DNA of 63,244 bases from Octopus bimaculoides (taxonomy: Eukaryota). This document shows, one piece after another, positions 35,719-48,299 of the stretch; the stretch's first letter is position 1, and every line of letters starts with the position of its first letter. The translations under genes and the position numbers were made by a program. The notes beneath the pieces are model-generated. The model worked only from the letters and a program-made list of their open reading frames with translations, had not been told where the DNA came from and did not search any database. Location of the stretch: assembly GCF_001194135.2 (NCBI RefSeq), contig NC_068982.1, forward strand, positions 175,892,591-175,955,834. The letters are read 5' to 3'.

Positions 35719-38704
35719 TCAACTGTTCCTACATGTTCATTGATAGATAACCATAGTTTCACTTCAAAACATTGAATACGAAAGTTATGAGGCTAAATAA
35801 CTCTGTTTTACTTGACAACCAGAAAGTTTGATATAAGAGTATCATTTACGACTAAGAAAATCGTTGTTTTAATGAAAACGCTGATGAAAATGTTTACTTT
35901 GATGAATATATCTTATTTAGTCTAAACGAGAAACGGATTTCGTTGATTGATCTGAGTCAAATCTATTTTCATTAAGAAGTTTATGTCTCTAATTAATTTA
36001 TATGAACTTGCAACAAAAAAATGCACCTGGTATTAGTTAACACAACTTCAGTGAGCCATAAATTGGAAAACAACTTAACGTAATATTCCGCGGCACGCAA
36101 CCAAATTTCAACTGCCTCATATCTTTTTCTGGTGTATCGACAAATCAATACAACAGATTTCAGTTTGAAACTAAAACTGAAACTGAAAATGTTTGCGATA
36201 TTTGTGGCTCAACCTCAGCGACTTGGAGATCGTGAGCCTCATTAACATGGTCAGGATCTTAGTGTTTAAAACCAGTAAAAAAAATGTGAAAACTACTGGA
36301 GGAAACGTGATTCGTGACCAAGAGAAAAATAATTATTCCCGGTGGTTAGGCGCCACCACAATGACCAGTAGGCCAAAGACATCATCAGCAATGACTCCAG
36401 CAAGTATATGCTATATTTAGTATAAGATTATTTACAAGATAACGCGGGAACCTCAACGCTGTCGTTCGACGTGCTACAAATGGCAGTCGAACATCCCTCG
36501 AATTATTCCCTACCGTCTCAAAAAAGTAGGACTCATTGCATAATGTGGTCCTAGATACACTGCCTCCGTATATACAATGGTGTTTGTCTGCTAACATCCA
36601 TTTACACGTTGGTTATCACTAGTGTCGATCAAAAGATACTCATGGTAACGAACAGTCTAATCAAACCCGGAACTTCGTGTTCGCCACTGAACTCATCAGA
36701 ATTCTTAATCGCACAACCTTGCCTACTATGATTACATTTTACAGTTTAGTCACACAATCATTGTGCACCACTATCGTTATTCAACCGAATCAACCACTAA
36801 ACAATTAGTTGCCTTTGTTTTTTTAGTTTGCTCGATTAATTAATTGATTACTTGCATGTATTTCTACTCTGATGTGTGAGGGGAAAAAAACTAAAGCTAG
36901 GAACACCGTTTTTCTTTTAAATCAATGGTCACTAAGCAAAATAACAAACAAATAGATATTATATTTTGTTTCCCGGCATTTTGTTTTTGAACAAGTTATT
37001 AGTGCATTAATTCTGTTACCCCAATCTTATTCAATATGTCATGTAATGGCAGATTTACAAGCCTACAGAAAGGGGGAAATATGTTAGTTACGCAGTGAAC
37101 GAACTACAATATAAATACGTTCCATAGCAACTCGATTTCTTTCAGATAGCAGTGGTTATAATAGTAGTGTAAAATAACAATTATATACTGAGAATGCATT
37201 TAAAAAGAATATTATTTGCACTCGTTAAATTTTCTTTATTAATAGTGGGTCAAATATTTTTTCCGATTATATAATGGACTGAAAGAGTAATAGTAGCTGT
37301 ATTAACAACCCCGTTCAAAGATTCCTTTGGCTAAAGCCGTTCCAAGCCTAACTATTCTGTGAATTTTTAAGACAGTGTATATACGACTATATTATCCAAT
37401 GTGTTCTATTTTTCAAAGATAGTTGTGAATGAATTGAGGGAGATCTTACTGATGTTTCTAGCTGATGAAATGACCAACTTACATTTGTTGGCTCATAGCA
37501 GGGGAGTTATCAAAAGTATTTATTCTTCTTGTTACTAGAATCATTATAGTAAACAATATTCCAAACACAGGGACTTTTCTCATTGTACAAGAAAAAAAGA
37601 AAATGCCTAAATTATTCTCAAGCGATCTGTCACGAAGCATTGACGCTGCGCAAATTATGTCCCCTGAAAATGAATATTCTACAGATATTCTCTCTATATA
37701 TGGTGTATTTTTACGCTTGATCTAATGTCATCTGTTTTAATGAAGTCTAATAATTATGCGCTCCCTGCTTTCAATGGAGAAGAAAAATCAATGTCTCCTA
37801 CTGTTTCATTGTTGATGACCTGAAAATATAAGCCAGTAACATCAACAGAGCCAAATATCAATTTGACTCAGTAAAAAGTATATTCACGGGCCACTGGGAT
37901 GGAATTATGCCAGAACAAACACTTATTTGTATAATAAATTAAGATAGGACTAGAAACCAACCAGGATAAGGGAGAAAAATGTACTTTCTAACACATTTTT
38001 GCCTTAAACAATGATAATTATAAATGCCTCGGTAAAGATGAAAATGTATCTTGCATGTTTATTGGAAACAAGGCTTGAGTGACCATTAACACCAAACTCA
38101 GAAATAAAGTATTTCCATGCTACAAAAATCATTATCTCAATATATTTACAGAATAAGTTTTGGCATTAAGATTCGGAGTCGTGACTAGAATTTCAAGTAC
38201 AGTCCTTTCTTTGGTAAAGAAAAAAGAAAATATACTTAAAATTGTTAGTAATGTTTGTGCTAATTGTACCACGGACAACTGATCTATCTAAAAGAAGAAA
38301 CTTGTAGGACTAATATCTTTCAATATTCATTTACAGTTTCATCTGTCCTTACGTTCTGAGTTCAAATTCCGCCGAGGCCGACCTTGCCTTTCATCCTTTC
38401 GGGGTCGATAAATTAAGTACCAGTTGCGTCCTGGGGTCGATCTAATCGACTGTAATCATTTACAGCTTTTATCACTTTCGGTATTTTCTGATTTTAAAAA
38501 CTACTGAAGATAACTTTCTTACTCGGGACCAATATTCTTTTCTACTCTAGGCACANNNNNNNNNNNNNNNNNNNNNNNNNNNNNNNNNNNNNNNNNNNNN
38601 NNNNNNNNNNNNNNNNNNNNNNNCCCTAGTACACAACTGGTACTTTATTTATCGATACCGAAAGGACGAAAGGCAAAGTCGACTCGGAGGAATTTGAACT
38701 CAGA

Positions 38705-38960
38705 TGGTAAAGACAGACGAAATACCTATTTCTTTACTGCCCACAAGGGGCTACACACAGAGGGGACAAACAAGGACAGACAAACGGATTAAGTCGATTA
38801 TATCGACCCCAGTGCGTAACTGGTACTTAATTTATCGACCCCGAAAGGATGAAGGGCAAAGTCGACCTCGGCGGAATTTAAACTCAGAACGCAGTGGCAG
38901 ACGAAATACCACTAAGCATTTCGCCAGACGTGCTAACGTTTCTGCCAGCTCGCCGCCTTA
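38705..38960 (-). mobile_element. SINE family B, full length (long tail), within a cluster of B copies (~38340-39280)
   Basis: Reverse complement of the copy at 31534-31766. Confidence 0.92.
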
Positions 38961-39418
38961 CTCGGTACCAATGTTAGTCACACACTGGTCCAAATTCAGT
39001 CGAATTATGTACTTTTCAATACTTTATGTCATGCCCATGTTTCGTTGTAGGAACTCATTTTAAAATTAGCATTAAGACAGCGAATTGACAGAATCGTCAA
39101 CACGTCGAACAAAATGCTTAGCGGCATTTCTTCTGGCTTTGTGTTCTGAGTTTAAATTCCTGAGTTCAAATCCTTTAGGTACCGATAAAATAAGTCCCAG
39201 TTGAGCACTGGCGTATATGTAATCGACTAGCCTTTTCACTCCAAAATTTCCGACTTTGTGCCTATAGTAGAAAAGATTATTAAAACTAGATCTCCTAAAA
39301 CGCCATAGAGTTCTTATGGGAGATTTTCGCTAATCCAACATTTCGGAATATAGCTTCCAAATAGAATTTGAATGGAAAAATTCTCCTTAACAATCTCATT
39401 ATTTCACGTGCATTTCAC

Positions 39419-39509
39419 GGGCATATGGCGTAGTGGTTAAAAGCGCGGGCTACTAACCCCAAGATTCCGAGTTCGATTCCAGGCAGTGACCTGAATAATA
39501 ATAATAATG

Positions 39510-39540
<31 letters not shown>

Positions 39541-39741
39541 TAATAATAACAATAATAACAACAACAACATCGAAAAATACCTTAAGAATGAGAACCCAGG
39601 TTCGAAATTTCCCCAAGACACCTGATGAAGGCTGGAGGGTATATCAGCCGAAACGTTGTGTTAACAACAAACAAGATGAGGACAAATATCCGTCAATTGT
39701 AAATAATGTACATAATTCCTCATCTCTTAAATACAGAACTG
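39419..39741 (+). mobile_element. tRNA-headed SINE-like element with (AAT)n linker and hammerhead-bearing tail
   Basis: A-box TGGCGTAGTGG (39426-39436), B-box GAGTTCGATTCC (39469-39480), (AAT)n/(AAC)n at ~39494-39569, HHR at 39617-39662; TTTCAC on both flanks (39413-39418 and 39742-39747). Confidence 0.8.
39617..39662 (+). ncRNA. Minimal type-I hammerhead ribozyme motif (Penelope-type)
   Basis: GACAC-CUGAUGA-A-GGCUG(GAGGGUAUAU)CAGCC-GAAA-CG-UU^-GUGUU. Stem I has 4 WC pairs plus a G-U, stem II is a perfect 5 bp, and helix III is reduced to the palindrome ACGU. Confidence 0.75.
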
Positions 39742-41944
39742 TTTCACAAGTAAAGATTGAAATAAAGACTGGCCAAATCAGCATTAGTGTTCCCAAACTA
39801 ATATTTGCGCGAAATCTATATGATCTTTCGCAAATCGCGGGACCAATATCTATATTTTGCAGATAAATCTGATTTTAATAAAACATCAAATGAAACAGAA
39901 AATTTATTCACAAAAAGTAATTTGAAAATAAATCGAATTTGTTTTATAAAACAAAATTTTTATAAAATGTTAAGACACACCTTATTTCGTTGAACCCTAT
40001 GATAATTTCGTGGAACCCTTTAATTTTTTTTCATGGAACCCTCTGCTTTCTTGGATCTCACTTTGAGAAATCCTATCACAAACTACTCGAATAGCTATAG
40101 TAACAAAAATAAGTTCTAACAAGGACTCAAAATTAAAAGTTTGTAGGAAAAAGTAAGGATTATTTAATCGATCCTATATATATTTATCGATCGATCTTGG
40201 AAAGAGTAAGCTAAACTTGACAGCGTTTAAAAAGAGGACACAGAAAGAAGCATCTGTTGTTCCTACTAATAATGGGAGAGGGAGGAAGGGAAGTGAAAGC
40301 GTGAAAGATAAGTGAGGAAGATATATTATACACAGCCTTGTTTTTTTTTTATCTCATTACGAAAAGTAAATCCTTATATACATATATATGAATCAAGGCT
40401 TGGACAGAAAGATGGAGAGAGGTAGAGAAATGATAATCATTTTAAACAATTGATATAACCCTTTTGTGATTTGAAAAAGAACTCATTAAAAAAACTATTA
40501 CTCAGACAATCTTTACTCAGTGAGGAATAACTGAGGAAGAAGCATAACAGTCATTTGGTGGCTACAGAAAAACTGAAGTTGATTTTAATACTATTAATAC
40601 ACGGAACGTTTGTTGCAGGCATACAAAGCGAACATCAAAGGGAAGCAAAACGTGAAAGCCCCCTGGGACTCGAACTCACATTTATTCTTCTTGAAACGTG
40701 TAATTGCGACAATATCATAAATCCTCTAACAATATCTAGTTGAGTGATTAACACTTTTAAATCCAAACTCGTTCTGAGATCAGTTATTTAATCTGAGATA
40801 TTTGCATTTTGCATACGTTTGTTTTCAATCTGCTTTCGATGTCACAGTCTATATTCTGATGTGAAGCACTCTCACGACCTAATGTCGACTAGATTGAAAG
40901 TATAGTACATGACGACTGTGGTTCATGTTCAGCCTCAGGTTAACCTTGATCGGTGGTTTCTATTCCAATAGTTACCTCCGAGACTTATTTCAGTGTATGA
41001 AGAATTATAATGTCCAATGTGTTCTCCCATCTTTACATCCATACATACGTTTCCAGTATTGTTTCTGGTAACATGTTATTACTTTCCACGTGAGAAAAAA
41101 AAAAGACATTACAGAAGAGTACAGCTGTAAAGGCTTTCTATGTTGATAGTAAGCAAGTTATAGGCCAATAATTTTCTCTGATATTTTGTTTTGGGAAATA
41201 AATGTTATTTTGCACCTTCAGCATATAATTACGCACTGAATCTCATTTGCGTAACATTTAATTGAATACCACAACCCTATAACTATGGTATAGCGTGGTT
41301 GCATTCAATGTTTAGAAGCCTCAATAGAAATTGGGGACCATGTCAGTGCCAGACGCTTTCCAGTTACTTGTAGATCTTAATATATTAGCGAATATCTTGC
41401 TGGCTGTTGAGTATTATGCTTACGGTGCTATATTTTTTACCTGTTCTCTTGATGCATTATAATTTTTTTTTTATTGTATGAAAAGATTTTGTTCCGTTTC
41501 TTTCCAGTTTTACTCGAATTTTTGTTGATACTGGTGTGTCTTCCAGCGTTATATATATATATTTTTTGTTAATATCGCAGTAGAATTTTTTAATATTTAA
41601 TACAAATACATATTTTACATGGAAGAAGCGTTTACGTTTTTGAAGCGTTTTATCCGGCATGTTTTTGCTGATATTTGTTCAAGCTTATATTTTGCTTTCA
41701 GGTTGTCTTTTATTTTTTTATCGTTACACTTTTCATATTTACGCTCTTTTTAAAACTTTTTCATGCTGGATCCCTTCTTTCTCATTTCGCTAAGTAAGGA
41801 TAAGGCTTCCATTTTTCCTTCAGTTTTATGTGATTAATGTTTATTTTTTTTTAATCTCTCCTTAAGAAACAGGCAAAATACCTTGCAATATTAAATGTAG
41901 TAACCATTAAAACTTTAATTTTTGTTTGCCTTCGTTTTTCTCAT

Positions 41945-42145
41945 CAGAATGCGGCTATGCTGGGGTATCGTCTTGACTCTTTAATCGAATGAATGAATCC
42001 ACCCCAGTACTTCTTTTTCAAAGCCTGGCACTTGTTCTATCAGTCATTTTTGCCGAACTGTTAAGTTATGGAGTCGCAAACACTCCAAGCCTTGGTTGGA
42101 GACAAATACAGACGCAATTACTCACACACAACTATGCATATATAT

Positions 42146-42193
<48 letters not shown>

Positions 42194-43755
42194 GTATATA
42201 TATACATACATATATATATATATATANNNNNNNNNNNNNNNNNNNNNNNNNNNNNNNNNNNNNNNNNNNNNNNNNNNNNNNNNNNNNNNNNNNNNNNNNN
42301 NNNNNNNNNNNNNNNNNNNNNNNNNNNNNNNNNNNNNNNNNNNNNNNNNNNNNNACACACACACACACACACTAAATTACGCAAAAATGAAAATAACACT
42401 GATATCTCATTTTAGCAGATATATTTACCAAAATTGCAGAAAAATATCTTGAAATACTAAAGAGTTAATTTATTCAATAAAATCACCATTGGCTTCAACC
42501 ACGGTCAGCAGTCGACTTCGGAATGTTCTGCAACTCTTCTGGACGGTCTCCTTGTTTAAGTTGGTGAATGCTGCCATAATCCTTGCCTTCAGTTCATCTT
42601 TGGTGTTACAAGGGGTTTTGTTGGTCTCTCGCTCAACTTCGCCCCACGCATAATAATCAAGGGGCTGCAGTCTGGGGAGTTAGGTGGCCAGATGTTAGGA
42701 GTGATGTAATCGCAGAAATTGTCTGACAGCCACGACTGGATTCTCCTGCTTGTGTGGCATGGTGCAGAGTCCTGTTGCCAGACATAGAGTCTTCCAGCAG
42801 CCATCCTCTTGACACAAGGCAGCACTACTTCCCCCAGGCACTTGATGTAGGCTTCCGTGTTGACTTTGAGGCCGTATGAGAAGATGAATAGAGGCATAAC
42901 ATCGTCATCATTAGTGATCACTCCAAACAACATGATGTTGACTAGATGTTTGATTTCTATCACTTTCAGTACATGTTTTGGGGACACGGCAAGCCAACGG
43001 TTGTTATGTGTATTCACCTGATCCTGGCAGAAATTTTACTCGTCTGAGAGAAACCAAAGCATGTTCGGTCGTAGCGCGGTCTTTCCTCTTGTCTTTGATG
43101 GCTTGGGATAAAAATTGACCCTTTCTCATTTGTATGAGGAATACCGAGTGTCTTCATGCACTACCTGCCTGATACAAAACTCAGACACTCCCATGTCCCT
43201 GGCGATTGACCTGATCGACTTGGTGGGATCGTTGTCAATCATGGCCTGGATCTCACCAACAAATTCAGGAGTTCTTTTCTTATTAGAACGATCAGAGTGA
43301 GTTTTCCGAGTTGCTGTACCTTTGTAATCACTACTAGACTCATCCAACTCTTTCCAAATCCTCTGCACTCTCCCCAGATTGACACCCAAACACTCTGAAA
43401 TGTTCGTATTAGAGCCTCCGGCATGAATGTCAAGCAGTACAACATGTCGTTTCCAAATTTCTGGCTGAGTGAACTGTGTCATAGTGCTGTTTTTTCTCAC
43501 TTACGGTGCCCAACTGACCCTACCATACTTTAATGTCGACAAAATAAAAAAAAACAATGCACATGGGCGAAATTAAAAATATAAAATATACGACGGACGT
43601 CTTTCACTTTCCACCTACCTAATCCACTCATAAGGCTTTGGTCGGCCCGAGGATATAGTAGAAGACACTTACCCAAGGTGCCACGCAGTGAAATTGAACC
43701 CAGAACCAAGTAGTTGCGAAGCAAGCTTCTTACCACAGAGGCCACACCTGCACTT
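41945..43755 (-). mobile_element. SINE family A copy split by a maT transposon at its internal microsatellite
   Basis: The 3' module at 41945-42226 ends in (TA)n; the head half resumes at ~43590 (TATACGACGG...CCAAGGTGCCACGCAGTG...CTTCTTACCACA). Confidence 0.75.
42372..43590 (-). mobile_element. Tc1/mariner-superfamily DD37D (maT) transposon, transposase pseudogenised
   Basis: ORFs 43126..43500 (HTH region: KSIRSIARDMGVSE) and 42589..43017 (WQQDSAPCH...WPPNSPDCSPL[D]) plus the FxSDE motif. Restoring one frameshift gives 37 residues between the 2nd and 3rd Asp. At least two 1-bp frameshifts and a short deletion before NMLWF. Confidence 0.9.
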
Positions 43756-43919
43756 ATGTTTACAAGTCTATAAAATAATTTTCATAATATATGTCACCAG
43801 TAAGAAATGGCGTCGAAATATTTGGCTATAATCTCTTCCAAAAGGTATAACCTTGAGCTTATGTTTAGAAATGTCTGTCCTCAAAGTCTTAGACCTTATG
43901 ATAGAAAAAACAAAATTTA

Positions 43920-44345
43920 TGATTAAGGCGATGAACTGGTGGAATGGTTAGCATATCGACAAGATTTTTTGCGGAATTCCTTCCGGCTCTTTAAGTTCTG
44001 TGTTCAATACTCACGCAGGTTAGTTTTGACCTTCATCCTTTCGAGATCGATAAAATAAAGTACCAGTCAAGTACTAGCGTCGATGTAACCGAATTTCTCA
44101 CTCTCCTCAAAATTGCTAGCCTTGTGCCAACTTTAAAAAGAATTATTATTACTATTAAAGTGGTGAGCTGGCAGGATCGCGTCGGATAAAATGCTTAGTG
44201 GCGTTTCTTCCGACTTGCCGAGGTCGATTTTGCCTTTCATCCCTCCAAGCTCGATAAAATAAGTACTAGTCAAATACACGGTTCGGTTTAATGAATTTGC
44301 CCCTTCCTTGAAAATTGCTAGTCTTGTGTCAAAATTAGAAAGAAT
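43920..44345 (+). mobile_element. Two tandem diverged family B SINE copies
   Basis: AAGGCGATGAACTGG...CTTCATCCTTTCGAGATCGATAAAATAAAGTACCAG, then AAAGTGGTGAGCTGGCAGG...TTTGCCTTTCATCC...GATAAAATAAGTAC. Confidence 0.8.
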
Positions 44346-45439
44346 TATTGTTTTTCGCCGAAGCTGAACATGTTTTGGACACTCCATGAGTTTGTGTCTC
44401 GTTTTCCTTTTTAAAAATCTATTTATGTTGCTTATATTGTTCTGCTTTGTTTCTTAGTTGACCAGAACCATAAAGGACTGATTAACAGTCTTTGTTATTT
44501 ATTCTATGAGGTCAAATTTTAAAAGAATGAAAACTTTTTCGAAACAGAGAAAATTCAAAATGTCGTTGTCTTTGTCAAACAGTCAGTAAGAAAGAAAAGT
44601 AGGAAATGAAATCCTCTTTCGCAGTCATCTCCTCCCACACAATACTGTAAGACGTGAAATTAATTAAAAATTGCAGCAGTAGTGTCAGTAGCACCAACAA
44701 CAATAATAAACTTAGCAACAACAGTAGAAGCAATCAGAACAGTGACAAGTCAAGCATATATCATCATAAACCATCTGCAAATCTACCCTGCCAGTAAGAA
44801 GTTATAATAGTAACCTCAACGACAATATTAGCAATACCAGCAGTTGTAAAACACAGCAAAAGATCTTTCTTTTGCTAAGATCAAAAATCTGTCCGATTTC
44901 ATCCCGTGAAACGATAAGTGTGAACGTTTAAAAGAGACAGAAATACATATCAACAGTCCAGAATATAGAAAAATTATGTTCAATAAACTACGACATGTTT
45001 TAAATTAAACATAAAGGAAAACAATTCTGTTTAGATATCTATCAACAGAAAGACAAATTAGAAGCTGAATCCATTTTAAAGAACAAATGGCAAGACATCA
45101 GTTTTGTGACACATGCCCATAAGTTCACATATATTTCAGAAGCACTCCACCGTCAAACAAAGACCAGAAGATTTCGCATTAATACCGATTCACATGGAAG
45201 TGAGAATGACCCCAGTAAGAATCTCAAACATTTTTCAGAACTGGTGGGTGGTGAAATGTGTAGCCTTGGGATAGCATAGCACATTGCTAGAAATAAAAAG
45301 GATTTCAAAATGAAATAGATTAGGTCGGGATGGTGCTGGAGATCTTGATTTGGGTGAAACCTGAAACAACAAAATACCTGACCTGATACAGGTCCAAGAG
45401 AGCAGCAACTGAAAATAGTAGTGGAAAGTAGAAGGTTAC

Positions 45440-47205
45440 GATACTACAACTGTGGAAATAGTACTGCCGGACCACGAAACGTTGAGGGGTATCCCATGCG
45501 AACTAGGATGTACAAGAATCGTGTAGCTATACGCGAAGGATACCATCAACATAATGTTGGAAATCAGGCATATAGAGTTGATCAGCACTGTTCGAAGGGA
45601 ATACGAAGCGATGGTAGGAGGGAAAAATCAACCAAGAAAAGTTAGTGGGCCTGCTGCTCGGCACCTAGAGAGGCTGGTCCATGCCGTCTAACAGCGTCGT
45701 GTGGGGCTGGTCAGACGCACCAGTTTAATTGCTCGCGGTCTGGTTTGGTTCAGACCATCAAATATAGAAGAACTGGTATGAGTTAATGAGCAGAGTTGCC
45801 TGTCTCACCCAGAAATTAGTCGAGAGAAAGTCGAGCAGAGATGGCGAACGTTTTACATCGCCTCCATCGTATTATCACTGGACCGTCATACTTCGCTTCA
45901 GTTAACATCTAACTGGATTGGGATGCCATCGTATTATCACTGGATCGTCATGTTTCGCTTCAGTTAACATCTCNNNNNNNNNNNNNNNNNNNNTCCATCG
46001 TATTATCACTGGACCGTCATACTTCGCTTCAGTTAACATCTAACTGGATTGGGATGCCATCGTATTATCACTGGATCGTCATGTTTCGCTTCAGTTAACA
46101 TCTCACTGGATTGGAAGTGGTACGTTGTACTGGTTAGGCGTTCCAATTGTCACCATCTACTACGTTGAAGACTGGGCCTGCCATGGTTAGTGATGCATAG
46201 ACTACCGCTGAGGCTGCGGTATCTCCAGCGTTTCCTTGACGATGAGTAGCAGTGGTCGCCGTTTATCAGACTCACTTTTCCACAGCTCGTCACTTTCACG
46301 GAGCTGCAGTCCTAGGTAAACGGAGACCGAAGCAGGTTGCCTTGCATATACAGTGTCATTAGGCACCCACAGCTCATTGTCAATCAGGCATTATAGTCGG
46401 TGGAAATTTCACTTTGACATACTATAAGGAGCTAGTGGCGAACAAATGTGACAACATTCTCGGGTAGTCTCTGGGCTTAACGAAAATCAACTGGCTAGTC
46501 TGTTCCGGAAAACTTTCGGGCTGGTGCCCATGAATAATTTGCAGGAATCTCTAGCCTGTCAGTGTAACTGGGGGAAATACCAGTGCGGGATAAATTGTAT
46601 AGGTATAAAGTGTCGTCAACTGGACCTACTCGATTTGCGTACAGAGTGAAGATGTTGTGCACGCACTCATCCAGTTCTCGAGTATTACTGAGTTATGTCA
46701 AACCCTTGCTATCGCGTATAGGATGGATCCGACTGTCAGCTGAGTCTATGATAAACGTTGTCTCGTTGCCTATCTTTGCCTCGAAAAGACAATCAGTCTT
46801 TATTTGTATGGTGGCCTTAACGAAAGAAGCTGTGTGGTGGACTATACTAAAAGGTCTGAAGGCAAACACCTTCCCCTTTGGCCAAACTATCACTAACTTT
46901 TTCAAGTTTCACTCATAAAAGAAACTGAGAGTGGAGAGGAAAGTGCTGCCTTTCAGTAAATTTGTTGAAAGGTGGATGAAAATGGCAAGGATGGTCCATG
47001 TGAATGGGACCACTCAAAGCATGTACCTATAAATCGAAAGATGAGAATAGGGAGAAGGTTCTTCCTGGGCTGATCGGAGTCTTCGTAGTTTTATGGAGTT
47101 TCCATCTGCCGTGTAGCTATCGAAAGTCCCCCCACATTTGGGGAATTTTTTTCATTGTTTGAATTGTTTTGTACTTTGGTTTCGTTATTTTATTGTTTAC
47201 ACGCC
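45440..47205 (+). mobile_element. Decayed L1/Tx1-clade LINE, 5'-truncated (RT C-terminus to 3' UTR)
   Basis: Homologous to 49900-51240 (WFG..QIEKNW-like, KEAVWWT.LKGL, QT.T.FFKFH); decayed YADD-like region near 45525. Confidence 0.75.
45864..46114. repeat. 62-bp tandem repeat inside the L1/Tx1 copy (A-B-gap-A-B)
   Basis: Unit CCATCGTATTATCACTGGA(C/T)CGTCAT...CAGTTAACATCT; the A-B pair appears on both sides of a 20-N gap. Confidence 0.8.
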
Positions 47206-47939
47206 TTCAGGTAACTTCATATGACATTGTATTGTAGCGGCATTTCTTTCGTCTAAGTTCAAATTCTGCTGAAGTCGATTTTGCCTTTCACCCTTTCGGG
47301 GTCAATGAAATAAGTACTGGTTGAATACTAGTCATCCTACACAAATTTCAGGTTTTGTTCCTATAGTAGAGAGAATTATTATTACTGTTAGTGTTTGACG
47401 AAAAAAAAATTTGGGTGTATCTTCTTATAAATAAAAGGTATTGGACTGTTTGAATGTCCGACGTTGTAGGTGAAACCAAATGGAGCGAAACTTTGTTTTG
47501 AAACTGTGTGTATTTGTGCCATTGTCACTTTCCAATATTTGCTTGCGTTGCTAAATAGCTGTATTAGAAATTACATGAAGAGGTGCTCTTCACAGAAATT
47601 ATTACCATCATTATATTGTTAATGTTGTTGCTGTATTGGTGGTGTTGGTAGTTTCAATAATATAATAAAACATCCAAAATTTCTTTCAAATACGAATACA
47701 GATTTAGAAAAATAACAAATAACGTAAAAATTCAATAGACAAAAAGTGCTTACAATTACAGAATGGAAAACACAAATCAAAACTAAAAAAAAAAAGTAAA
47801 TAATACGAACAACGACAACAACAAACCAACATTCGGTATTGTTGGTATTGTTAAAATATTAATAAACTTTGCAGATCACAAGAAGCTCCTCGTCATGTGT
47901 TATCTGAAAGAAAAGAGAAAAGAGAAGATATGGATGTTG

Positions 47940-48146
47940 TACGAGAGGTGCTGAAAAGATCCTGGCTTTGGGTAAGCAAAAATACAGGAGGATCAGTTAG
48001 TTACGATTTTATTCAACATATTTCCCTCTCAGATTAACACCTGATGCAGCAGTCCTTCAGTTTTCCTAAACCCTCGGAAGGTTGGGCTTCGAACCAGGCT
48101 TTTCGCGATACCCTTAAAGCCAGAAACTTTTCAGCTTCCCATCGTA
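47940..48146. mobile_element. Mariner-type MITE
   Basis: TA-flanked ~28-bp TIRs: TACGAGAGGTGCTGAAAAGATCCTGGCTTT / AAAGCCAGAAACTTTTCAGCTTCCCATCGTA. Confidence 0.85.
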
Positions 48147-48299
48147 TGTATGGAAATTCAGTGCCACATTGTCAGCAGAATTTAGTTAGGAAAAGGTGTG
48201 TAGAAAGGTGCACACATACGTTTTTGAAACACTGGAGAAATTTTCAGTATGCCATAGAATGGAGAGTGAAGAATTGAAAAAAAAAACCAAAAAAAAACC

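Noticed and set aside
37762-37845. Minus-strand acceptor followed by VINNETVGDIDFSSPLKAGSA-stop as a terminal exon
   Set aside because: Only one splice-like site and an unrecognised 21-aa peptide; not enough to support.
39419-39493. Functional tRNA gene
   Set aside because: The T-stem (CCGAG/CCAGG) and acceptor stem each have two mismatches; treated as a SINE head whose ancestral tRNA (Ile- or Ser-like) is uncertain.
45864-46114. Four-unit 62-bp array as a higher-order repeat
   Set aside because: The A-B pair repeats exactly across a 20-N gap, so probably only two units are real.
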